Shown here: positions 44,490 to 53,111 of the stretch, in pieces
How positions within the stretch are numbered: the stretch's first letter is position 1
How the letters are laid out: each line of letters begins with the position of its first letter
IMG/VR virus record: IMGVR_UViG_3300012943_000028
Coordinates: 240,642 to 304,641 of that record
Reading direction: 5' to 3' (one strand)
Length of the DNA: 64,000 nt
DNA from: a virus
Lineage: Duplodnaviria; Heunggongvirae; Uroviricota; Caudoviricetes
The notes under the pieces: generated by a model
What the model saw: only the letters and a program-made list of their open reading frames with translations
Databases searched by the model: none
What the model was told of the DNA's origin: nothing
Translations under genes and position numbers: made by a program

Positions 44490-45229
44490 GGCGTGTAGTT
44501 TGGGTCGACAAGCGTGTAATGACGAGCGTAGACGTGAAGCGATCCGGCGTTCCAGAAGATGTTGCCAACTGGAACGTCGAGGTCGGCTGCGAGCTTGGTT
44601 AGCACGTGGTGCTGCCATGCCCAATCATTCTTGTAACCGAACACCGCATCATTGCTGCGCATCTGAACGATGGCATGCAGCTCGCCGTTACGGATGAGGT
44701 ACTGCACGGCGTTCGTGCACATGAAGTCCGAACGACCATTCTTGTTGTAGTCCAGCCACATGGATGGGCGGGTGTAGATCATCATGGCTCGCCGAGACTC
44801 TGGGTTCTTGCGGAGCTCGATGGCACAGCGCGTGTACTGGCTGTCGTTGTCAATCAGCTGGCTGACGATGTCGTCGTAGTGCGTGAAACCGTTGGCGCTA
44901 GAGTAGATGCACCAGCCGTAGTTCGAGTTGATAAAGCCGTCCTTGTCGGCGACGGTCTTCCAAATCTGTGGTGGTCCGCCGGGGATGTCGTTGACGTTCA
45001 GCGACATTGAGTTGTACCATTCCTCTTCACGCTGCACGTAGTCTTGGTTGACTTCGCCGAAGATTGACGGCTCATCAGCGATGAAGGATGCATTGACGAT
45101 CTCAATCGTTGTAGCGCCGGTAAATCCTAGAAGGTTTGCCTCTCTGTTGACTGAGGTGAACTGCTTGTTGGCGAGTAACGCTTTGAAGAGGTTGCGCACG
45201 TCATTTGTCTTGAGGCTGAGTCCTAGCAT
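44486..45229 (-). CDS. thymidylate-synthase-family pyrimidine hydroxymethylase (dCMP hydroxymethylase-like)
   Basis: RRAMMIYTRP...FMCTNAVQY...QMRSNDAVFGYKND aligns with ThyA RRIIMSAWNP...PCHALFQFY...QRSCDVFLGLPFN. An Asp sits at the position of ThyA Asn177, the cytosine-versus-uracil discriminator. The N-terminal half is divergent. Confidence 0.75.
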   Translation of the reverse strand: MLGLSLKTNDVRNLFKALLANKQFTSVNREANLLGFTGATTIEIVNASFIADEPSIFGEVNQDYVQREEEWYNSMSLNVNDIPGGPPQIWKTVADKDGFINSNYGWCIYSSANGFTHYDDIVSQLIDNDSQYTRCAIELRKNPESRRAMMIYTRPSMWLDYNKNGRSDFMCTNAVQYLIRNGELHAIVQMRSNDAVFGYKNDWAWQHHVLTKLAADLDVPVGNIFWNAGSLHVYARHYTLVDPNYTP

Positions 45230-45877
45230 TTACTTTCTCACTTTCTGGTTGTATTTTTCGAAGAGAGTAACGAACTTGTTGATCGTGTCACGGTAGTCGT
45301 CAGCGTCGATGTAGAAGTTCTTCTTCAGGTATTCGTCAGGGCTCGTTGCGAGGTATGCGTGTGTTTCATCTGCAAACACGTTCTCACCGTAGCCCATCAT
45401 GTCAGAGAAGCGCTGGTTGAAGATCATCTGCAGCGCTGGGTCTATCTGATTTATCGCTTCCAGAACCTCATTTCGGTAGTCTTCATAGAGGAAGAACATC
45501 GCGTGAGCGATCTCATGATCAACGGCGTGGCTACCGCCTGACAGAGTGCCGATCACGTAGAATGGTCGGCTGTCAGTGTTGGCCTTGATCATTCTCAACA
45601 GGTCACGTTCAGGTTTTGTGATCGCTGTGTGGAGGTTGCGCCAGTTGTGGAAGACGTAGGACGGAAAGTTGAAGCCACTCCACGAATGGAAATAGTCAAA
45701 GTGCCCCTCATCGTTCGTGTACGCCTGCACGAACTCGAAGAAGTCGAACTTCTTACCACGAATGTTCTCGAACGGCGATTCGTAGAATTCCTGAATTCTA
45801 CAAAACGTGAGCACGAGTTCTTTCTGGGTATCTGCCTCGAAGTGCAGAATTTGGTCGGTGATCTTAGTGAGGTTCAT
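45230..45877 (-). CDS. hypothetical protein with HExxH motif
   Basis: 215 aa containing AVDHEIAHAMF (zincin-like HExxH). Confidence 0.45.
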   Translation of the reverse strand: MNLTKITDQILHFEADTQKELVLTFCRIQEFYESPFENIRGKKFDFFEFVQAYTNDEGHFDYFHSWSGFNFPSYVFHNWRNLHTAITKPERDLLRMIKANTDSRPFYVIGTLSGGSHAVDHEIAHAMFFLYEDYRNEVLEAINQIDPALQMIFNQRFSDMMGYGENVFADETHAYLATSPDEYLKKNFYIDADDYRDTINKFVTLFEKYNQKVRK

Positions 45878-45948
45878 TTGTGGTCGCCGTGAAGCGGCGA
45901 GGCTTATTCTAAGCCCTAATCATACCACAGTTGAGTGCGTAGAAAAAC

Positions 45949-46812
45949 TTACAGCTCTTCTGGGATTGGGAGCTTTGCTTTCTTCAACTCTGACCTGCTT
46001 GCACGCAGGATTTGATCTGCGTTCTTCAGGCCCTTGACGTGCTTGATGACGTCCTCAGCCGTGAGAAGGTCGCTAGGCTTAACGTCTGATCCGAAGATGT
46101 GGGCGGCAACCTTAGCTGGATCGCTAGTTGCATCTTCCTTGTCTGAAAACTCTGCGCTCTTGCCGATTGACTTGAGATGAGAGCGCAGCTCATCTGGTGT
46201 TGCTTTGATCAGCGTCTTGTTACCAGGCTTGGCATACTTGAACATGCGCTTCATGCCGTCAGCAAGCGTGATGGACTTAGATGCCCTTGCGATGGCCTTA
46301 CCGTCCTCATCACGGATAACAAAGTCTTCGCCAGGCTTTTGTGAGTGCGCAAGAGCCGTAAACAGAATGATGTTGCGCACCGCTCCAGGATATTTTGAGC
46401 CAGCACCGTGAGCTGAGTGGTAGATAAAGTTTGCCCAGTTCTTGTCCTTAACGTACATAAGGTCCACTTGAACCTTCTTACCGCCAACTGGAACGGCATA
46501 CGAACCGACCTTGGTGCCCGTGTTGTATGTGCCCTGATCACCGGTGGCTGCCATCATCTTCTTGTGCACGTCATCGGCATTTACCTCTTTGTATGGAAGT
46601 GCAATGTCGACATCGCCGCTGTCCTTCTTTTTGCCGGCAAGGGTAAGCCGTGTTGAACCTAGCAGTCCATTCTTGAGCTCTATGGATGGGATACCAATGG
46701 TCTTTGACACGAACTTGATTGCAGTGTCGACATCCTTCTGAGATGCACGTACAGTGTTGTACTTTGCCGTGGCGTGACCACCTTCTGTAAGGAATTGCTT
46801 GAACGAGACCAT
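45949..46812 (-). CDS. Pol-beta-superfamily nucleotidyltransferase-fold protein
   Basis: LLGSTRLTLAGKKKDSGDVDIALP fits hG[GS]-x9-13-DhD. ORF trimmed to the internal Met MVSFKQFL. Confidence 0.5.
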   Translation of the reverse strand: MVSFKQFLTEGGHATAKYNTVRASQKDVDTAIKFVSKTIGIPSIELKNGLLGSTRLTLAGKKKDSGDVDIALPYKEVNADDVHKKMMAATGDQGTYNTGTKVGSYAVPVGGKKVQVDLMYVKDKNWANFIYHSAHGAGSKYPGAVRNIILFTALAHSQKPGEDFVIRDEDGKAIARASKSITLADGMKRMFKYAKPGNKTLIKATPDELRSHLKSIGKSAEFSDKEDATSDPAKVAAHIFGSDVKPSDLLTAEDVIKHVKGLKNADQILRASRSELKKAKLPIPEEL

Positions 46813-46918
46813 TAGACACCTCAGGACGATACGGATATTTATGCCCACCGGCGTCGATCTGATAAATATCGTAGGGAGAAAGTCACCTGGCTGGTGACGC
46901 CTATTAGGAGTATCGGAA

Positions 46919-49120
46919 ATGCTATTCGACGGTATCAAGCTTGTAGAAGGCTCTGAGGTTCAGAACCTGGTTGTTGACACTGGATCAGTGTTTCCCGCCT
47001 CACCAAACGACGGTGAGCTGTTCTACATCAACAACACTGGCGATGGTAATGACATCGGCCTGTACGTCTACTCTGAAACGGACACCGCATGGTTCCGCCA
47101 AGTAGCTGAAGGTGATGACATCGGCGACATTCTCCCAGACGTCGTCTCACCTGGTACCTACAAGTCCGTCACGGTTAGCGCCAAGGGTATCGTAACGGCC
47201 GGCACCAACCCAACCACTCTCTCAGGCTACGGCATCACCGATGCCCAGCCGCTCGATGCCGACCTCACCGCAATTGGTGCGATCTCGGCTACCTCAGGTC
47301 TGCTCCGTAAGACGGCAGCAAACACCTGGTCGCTCGACACCTCAACTTACCTCACCACGAACGAAACAATCACGCTTTCTGGTGACATCTCCGGTTCAGG
47401 CACGTCCTCAATTTCCACGACGCTGGCTAACACTGCCGTTGGTCCAGGTTCGTACGGCACTGCAACCAACGTTGCCACCTTCACCGTCGATTCCAAGGGT
47501 CGCCTCACGAACGCTTCGAACACGCCGATCGCAATTGACGCTTCAGCAGTAACATCTGGCAGCTTCGCAAACGGTCGCATCTCACAGGCAAGCGTAACGC
47601 AGCATGAGTCTGCTCTGACGATCCTCGAGTCACAGATCACCGACGGCGCAACGCTCGCTCGCGTTGGTGCAAGCGAGACCATCTCTGGAGCATGGACGTT
47701 CAACAACGCTATCACCCAGAACACCGCCCCAACGGTCAGCACGCACGTAGCAACCAAGGGCTATGTGGACAACGTCGCCTCTGGCATGAACGTCCACCTC
47801 GCCTGCCGTGCTGCAACCACTGCCAACCTTTCGTCTACGTATGACAACGGCGCATCTGGTGTCGGCGCAACGCTCACCGGTTCAGGTGCCCTCGGTACAA
47901 TTGATGGTGTCACGATGGTCGTCGCAGACCGCGTGCTCGTCAAAAACCAGACCGACCCAAAGCAGAACGGCGTCTACGTCGTAACGCAGACCACAGCAAA
48001 CTGGGTACTTACCCGTGCTGATGACTTCGACAACTCACCAACTGGTGAAGTCGTTGCAGGTGACAGCACCTTCATCCAGGAAGGTACACAGGCCACCACG
48101 CAGTGGGTGCAGACCACAACCGGCTCTATCACGATCGGTACCAGCAACCTAGTCTTCACGCAGTTCGGCGGTCCAGGTACCTACCTCGCCGGCGCCGGCA
48201 TCAACATCACTGGCACGACCATCGCCAACACCGGCGTTACGTCGGCTGCTGGTGGCACCGGCATCTCAGTCAACGCCGCAACTGGCGCAGTAACGTTCAC
48301 CAACACTGGCGTAACGAGCCTCACTGGTGGTACGAACATCAACGTGTCAGCCGCAACTGGTGCGGTAACCATCAGCATTACCGGCACGGTCGCTTCAGCT
48401 ACCTCTGCAACCACTTCAACGAACGTCGCTGGCGGTGCTGCAAACAGCCTTGTCTACCAGACTGGTTCAGGTACGACTGGATTCATTGCAACTGGTACCG
48501 GCGTTCTCGCCGCATCTGGTGGCGCTCCAGCTTACACGACTGCACCATCAATCGCTGGTACAAACTTCAGCGCAATTCCAAACTCGGCCCTTACCAACAG
48601 CAGCGTCACGGTTACCGCAGGTACCGGCATGTCTGGCGGTGGTGCAGTATCTCTCGGTGGTTCAGTCACGCTCAACAACACAGGCGTTACCTCACTGGCC
48701 GGTACTTCAAACCAGGTGTCGGTGTCTGGCGCAACTGGTTCAGTCACGATCTCAATTCCATCAACATTCGTCGCACCTGGTTCGGTTCAGGCCACCACAT
48801 TCGTCAAGAAGTCAGTCACGACTGGCGTCACCGCAGCTGGTTCAAACTCAGCTGGTGCAACGCTGCTTACAACTGAAATCAACGACGTTGGTGCAGGCAG
48901 CGGTGGTGTTCGCCTTCCAAACTCGCTTGGTACTACGTTCATCGTTCGCAACTCACTCGGTTCGGCGCTCAATGTTTACCCAACGTCTGGCGGTACCATC
49001 TACAGCAGCAACGTCAGCTATGGCACGGACGGCGCATACGCGCTGCCAGTTGGTGCAACGATCATGTTCATTCAGGTGACCTCATCTGTATACGTGGTAC
49101 TGAACTCAGCATACGTTTAA
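46919..49120 (+). CDS. tail fibre protein
   Basis: 733 aa, Gly/Thr/Ser-rich, with the LSGYGITDA phage tail-fibre repeat, FTVDSKGRLTNAS shared with the 11016 fibre, and three NTGVTS...AATGAVT repeats. Confidence 0.8.
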   Translation: MLFDGIKLVEGSEVQNLVVDTGSVFPASPNDGELFYINNTGDGNDIGLYVYSETDTAWFRQVAEGDDIGDILPDVVSPGTYKSVTVSAKGIVTAGTNPTTLSGYGITDAQPLDADLTAIGAISATSGLLRKTAANTWSLDTSTYLTTNETITLSGDISGSGTSSISTTLANTAVGPGSYGTATNVATFTVDSKGRLTNASNTPIAIDASAVTSGSFANGRISQASVTQHESALTILESQITDGATLARVGASETISGAWTFNNAITQNTAPTVSTHVATKGYVDNVASGMNVHLACRAATTANLSSTYDNGASGVGATLTGSGALGTIDGVTMVVADRVLVKNQTDPKQNGVYVVTQTTANWVLTRADDFDNSPTGEVVAGDSTFIQEGTQATTQWVQTTTGSITIGTSNLVFTQFGGPGTYLAGAGINITGTTIANTGVTSAAGGTGISVNAATGAVTFTNTGVTSLTGGTNINVSAATGAVTISITGTVASATSATTSTNVAGGAANSLVYQTGSGTTGFIATGTGVLAASGGAPAYTTAPSIAGTNFSAIPNSALTNSSVTVTAGTGMSGGGAVSLGGSVTLNNTGVTSLAGTSNQVSVSGATGSVTISIPSTFVAPGSVQATTFVKKSVTTGVTAAGSNSAGATLLTTEINDVGAGSGGVRLPNSLGTTFIVRNSLGSALNVYPTSGGTIYSSNVSYGTDGAYALPVGATIMFIQVTSSVYVVLNSAYV

Positions 49121-49141
49121 TCAAAGAAGAGAGCGCATAGA

Positions 49142-51148
49142 ATGAGTTACTCTCATGGACAAGTGATCACACGTGCAGACTACAATGCACTTGCTGGTCA
49201 AACGGGAACAGCAGGCTCTCTTAGCACCGGTCTGCTCTTCACCAACATCGTCACATCTCCTGGTTCTGACTACACGGTTGTAGGTGTAACCAGCCCAGAG
49301 AATGCCGTTATCGTTCGCAAGACGAGCGGCGTCGGTTCATGGAGCAGCGGCTTCAATTCGAACCTCACTGAAGTCAGCGTTTGCGCTATTGAGTTCCAGT
49401 TTGAAGGTCAGTACGGCGCCGGCAATGGTGACGCAATGTGCGGTCTGTCTAACGGCGCAGCTTCACGTGACGGTGGCTATCCATCAATTGAGTTCGCCTT
49501 CCACAACTCTGAAGGCCGTACTCCATACATCTTTGAGAGCAACTCTGCCGTTTGGTCAGGTGGCGTAGGTTCAGTCGGTCCAGACACCAAGTATGCCATC
49601 AAGTACGATGGCAAGCACGTTCGCTACTACATCGACGGCGTTCTCATCCGCACCGTCGCGCGCACTGGTACCCTTGGTCTTGACGGTTCCATCTACTACC
49701 CAGGCGCAAACCTCGGCATCAAGAACCTTCGCTACACGCGTGATTCTGGTGGAACCACGCTCATGACAGCTGGCTCCATTTGGGGCGTCGGCTATGGTGA
49801 TCGTGGTTACGGCCAGTCAAGCCCAGCCCTCGTTAATGTTTCCGCTGGCAACCCAGTGGGTCAGGGATATCCAAACCTTCGCAGCGTAATTGCAAACCTC
49901 TGCTCATGGCAGAACACCTCAACGTCGCTTCTCCCATCTTCTGGTGCTGTGTCTGCGGGTGCGGTCATCTCAGCATACCCAGTGAACGAAACCCCATCGT
50001 TCCCTGACATCATTCCTCTGGTAGACACAAACCGCTTTAACTACCAGGTCGGCAACATGACGCTCACGTCATCGGCTGCATCTACAACGCGTTCAACGAA
50101 GTGGGGCTTTACGCCGAACTTGACTGAGCGCGTGCTTGGTGGTGGTGGTGGCGTAACTGGCACCAACGGCTCATACACCATTCACAAGGGAACCGGCGCT
50201 GGTTCAGGCTGGCACCTGATCGCCTACACACCTGAGGTGTTCGGAACGTTCCGCGTTGACTGGCGCTGCGACACCAGCAACCACACGATGATCGGTCTGA
50301 TCCCACAGCCAAACGCTTATGAGACGCCGTGGGAACAGCCAAGTTCGTTCTTCATCTACAATGACTGGTTCAACGGTCCAGCCGTTCGCTGCTACGAAAG
50401 CAACACGAACCCAGCCACGTTCATGGGTGCATGGACGACGTCTGACATCTTCACTATCACGTATGACGGTTCAAATGTTCGTTACTACGTGAACGGCGCC
50501 CTGCAGCGCACTACGGCGTACTCAGCAGGCCCGCTTGGCCTTGCCATCAGCCAGTACTACGATTATGGTCAGTACCCAGCAAACGTGTTCGGTCTCGGCT
50601 ACACACCTGACGTCTCTGGTAACCTTGCTCCAGCCTTCATTCAGGGTGGATTCCAGGTGGACTTCGCAAGCGAAGACGCGGCACGTTACTTCTTTAACAC
50701 TGGTGGTGAGATTCGTGTTGCATTCGCTCACCCAAATACTAGCACATCTCAGGACAGCAACTGGAACTCGACACTAAGCAACCTGAACATCGCGTTCAGG
50801 GCCAACAGCTCAGCGAAGCTTTCAGGAAATGGAACTACAACGACGAACGTTGGTTACTACCAGCTCACCACTGACTGGCAGGTAATCCACACTGTAGATG
50901 GTAGCGGTGCATACTCGTCTAATATCATGCAGGTTTACGCTAAGGCACTGTCGATTAGTGGCTCAAATGGCGCAAAGGGTTATCAGATACAATTCTTCGC
51001 CAACTTCTACGACAACCATGACTCGAACTACTACGACGTCGTGAACTCTGGAACGGTCATGACGCTGTCGCACCTGCGTGCAACGGCATCGCCTCTCACT
51101 ACCGCTATCGCTGCACCAACATGCAGCGTTGCTCAGGCCCTCGGATAA
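49142..51148 (+). CDS. tail fibre / receptor-binding protein with internally duplicated domain
   Basis: 668 aa immediately after the fibre gene. Two copies of the block YDG..VRYY(I/V)(D/N)G.L.RT.A..G.LGL suggest a tandem lectin-like domain. Confidence 0.6.
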   Translation: MSYSHGQVITRADYNALAGQTGTAGSLSTGLLFTNIVTSPGSDYTVVGVTSPENAVIVRKTSGVGSWSSGFNSNLTEVSVCAIEFQFEGQYGAGNGDAMCGLSNGAASRDGGYPSIEFAFHNSEGRTPYIFESNSAVWSGGVGSVGPDTKYAIKYDGKHVRYYIDGVLIRTVARTGTLGLDGSIYYPGANLGIKNLRYTRDSGGTTLMTAGSIWGVGYGDRGYGQSSPALVNVSAGNPVGQGYPNLRSVIANLCSWQNTSTSLLPSSGAVSAGAVISAYPVNETPSFPDIIPLVDTNRFNYQVGNMTLTSSAASTTRSTKWGFTPNLTERVLGGGGGVTGTNGSYTIHKGTGAGSGWHLIAYTPEVFGTFRVDWRCDTSNHTMIGLIPQPNAYETPWEQPSSFFIYNDWFNGPAVRCYESNTNPATFMGAWTTSDIFTITYDGSNVRYYVNGALQRTTAYSAGPLGLAISQYYDYGQYPANVFGLGYTPDVSGNLAPAFIQGGFQVDFASEDAARYFFNTGGEIRVAFAHPNTSTSQDSNWNSTLSNLNIAFRANSSAKLSGNGTTTTNVGYYQLTTDWQVIHTVDGSGAYSSNIMQVYAKALSISGSNGAKGYQIQFFANFYDNHDSNYYDVVNSGTVMTLSHLRATASPLTTAIAAPTCSVAQALG

Positions 51149-51190
51149 AACAAAGGGCGCTTGGAGAAATCCAGCGCCCTTTGTTTGGCC
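51147..51190. terminator. intrinsic terminator, probably bidirectional
   Basis: Hairpin AAAGGGCGCT-loop-AGCGCCCTTT flanked by an A-run upstream and TTGTTTGG downstream, 1 nt after the fibre-gene stop. Confidence 0.5.
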
Positions 51191-51326
51191 TCGAACTTGT
51201 GATCAGCTGTAGATGAACTGCTTGAAGCTGTTCAGTGCCAGTGCGATTCGGAATTCCACCTGCGTCATGAACATCTGGAAGCGGAGCTTGCGGATGTCAC
51301 GGTTGATCTGACGAACTGCGTCCATG

Positions 51327-51860
51327 TTACTCTCCAGCGTAGAAGGTTGAGGTGATGATGATCATGACGTCTTCACCGACGTTCGGCTGTCGGACCATGA
51401 CGCCTTGCATCTGAAGACCCGCGTAGGTGGCCGTGTAGTTCCAGCCGACCGTTCGCATCTCGAAGACCGTGACGCAGCCGTTCGAATCGGCCGCAGAGGT
51501 GCGCTTCTCGTAGGAGCGCTTGTCGATGTTGTTGCCGATGGCGCCGCCAGCTGCAGCGCCTGCCACCGTCGCAACCCCATTCTTGTCGCTGATGACGTAG
51601 CCTGCTGCAGCACCTGTGATGGCACCGATGATCGTGCCTTTGTTCACGACGCTGTGCGGCTTGGGCTTGGTGGGATCGGGGCAGTCGTAGCCGACGTTGA
51701 TCGGCTTGGTGATGGGCGACCCGACCGAAATGATCGTGCCAACCACTCGCTGGGTGAATTGAACGCCGGGACCAGATGCGCCGTCAGGGCGGTTGGCAGG
51801 AATGTCCTGCGCATTTGCCGTTGCGGCGGCGATCAGAAGAGCAGCGGTCAGGGCTTTCAT
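51327..51860 (-). CDS. secreted glycine-zipper protein (Gly-zipper_2TM / 17-kDa surface-antigen-like)
   Basis: Signal peptide MKALTAALLIAAATANA and GTIIGAITGAAAGYVISDKNGVATVAGAAAGGAIG glycine zipper. Confidence 0.65.
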   Translation of the reverse strand: MKALTAALLIAAATANAQDIPANRPDGASGPGVQFTQRVVGTIISVGSPITKPINVGYDCPDPTKPKPHSVVNKGTIIGAITGAAAGYVISDKNGVATVAGAAAGGAIGNNIDKRSYEKRTSAADSNGCVTVFEMRTVGWNYTATYAGLQMQGVMVRQPNVGEDVMIIITSTFYAGE

Positions 51861-51891
51861 CGTGATGCTCCAGTGTGTCGAAGTAGGAGCA

Positions 51892-51960
51892 TCATATCAA
51901 GAACTGGGGAATTGTACACAGGTTGACAGTTATGTTAACTGGAACGGTCAGTTAACATAA
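51892..51960 (-). promoter_or_regulatory. conserved phage promoter motif copy 6 (two inverted TTATGTTAAC sites)
   Basis: Minus strand reads TTATGTTAAC-N12-GTTAACATAAC-N9-CCTGTGTAC-N16-TATGAT. Confidence 0.5.
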
Positions 51961-51984
51961 TATCCCAGTCTTGGAGTTGACCGG

Positions 51985-52293
51985 CTAGAATATAGAAAGG
52001 ATGAGGAACGACGCGATGATCGTTCCACCGGCCACAAGGATCACGCTGACGGTGTTCTTGTGCCCAAGCTTCTTTGCCTGAGCGATGGCTGGCTGGATGG
52101 CGGGTGCAAGAAGGCACATGCCGATGAGCATGAGGATTCGGCTCTTCAGCTCTACACCGATGCAGAAGCCTAGAAGACCGAGAGTCAGGAAGAGCATGAA
52201 CAGAAATACGCGCTTCGGCTCTGGCTGTCTTTCAAACCACTCGTCAAACCGATTGATGATGCGCGGGATTTTCATGCGCGTATTTACGCGCAT
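51985..52293 (-). CDS. membrane protein
   Basis: 102 aa with three hydrophobic helices; the start is possibly the internal MKIPRIINRF. Confidence 0.45.
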   Translation of the reverse strand: MRVNTRMKIPRIINRFDEWFERQPEPKRVFLFMLFLTLGLLGFCIGVELKSRILMLIGMCLLAPAIQPAIAQAKKLGHKNTVSVILVAGGTIIASFLILSIF

Positions 52294-52302
52294 GCGGCAT
52301 CG

Positions 52303-52527
52303 CTATTTCTTTTTCGGCGCTTCTTCGTCTGGAACGAGGATTGGACGCTCAGCACGCCAGTAGATGTCTGGCACGTAGTTCAAGTTGTTCTGCTTGTTGT
52401 GCTCAACAACGAACGCCTCGGCCTCCTTCAAGGAATTTGGGCCAGTGAAGTACTTGCGGTCGTCCACCTTTTGACCCCAGCCACGCTCACTCTCAATGAT
52501 GTCAACTCTGTAGGTTGTCATGTTCAA
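52303..52527 (-). CDS. hypothetical protein
   Basis: 74-aa ORF. Confidence 0.4.
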   Translation of the reverse strand: MNMTTYRVDIIESERGWGQKVDDRKYFTGPNSLKEAEAFVVEHNKQNNLNYVPDIYWRAERPILVPDEEAPKKK

Positions 52528-53111
52528 ATACCATAGTCAATGGACAGCTTGGTGTACGCCTTCAAGTTGCCGATGGCATCATGAAGTGCGTTGTGACGGA
52601 CCACCTTTGGGTCCGAAAAGTATTCTTCAAGGGCCTTCTGGAAGGTCTCAACTCCACGGTTGTAGACAGCGGTCGCTTCATCAAGCGCCATGCCTTCTGC
52701 AAGGGCCTGTCTAGCAAAGCGAGCCATGTTGTCAAACACGAACTCCACGTGGCTGAACTTTGGGTGTTCGGCAAGGCCGTGCGCCTTGAAGAGAAGCCAG
52801 TCGGTTGGGTAGTCTACGATAACCGAGAACTTGTCCGCCGGCAGCTCGTCAAGCCATTCCCAGAGACGAGCGACAAGCGTTGAGCGCTTCATGCCGTACT
52901 TGACTGGATCAAGAAGCGGATAGATGTTCTGGACCACCCACGTCGATGACAACGACTGATCAAAGTCCAGGTTCTCTGCGTAAAACGTAAGATCAGTCGA
53001 TGCGGCGATGCCGATCGAGATCATGTCCGCCTTAGCAAAGTCGGTGAACTCTGTGTCAATATGAAGGCGGAGGGTCTTTTGAGAACTCTGTGAAGCAGTA
53101 GTCGTAGCCAT
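52524..53111 (-). CDS. DEDDh 3'-5' exonuclease (DnaQ/RNase T-like)
   Basis: LHIDTEFTDF (Exo I) and HNALHDAIG (Exo III) motifs. The start is uncertain because the ORF overlaps the DHFR 3' end. Confidence 0.65.
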   Translation of the reverse strand: MATTTASQSSQKTLRLHIDTEFTDFAKADMISIGIAASTDLTFYAENLDFDQSLSSTWVVQNIYPLLDPVKYGMKRSTLVARLWEWLDELPADKFSVIVDYPTDWLLFKAHGLAEHPKFSHVEFVFDNMARFARQALAEGMALDEATAVYNRGVETFQKALEEYFSDPKVVRHNALHDAIGNLKAYTKLSIDYGI

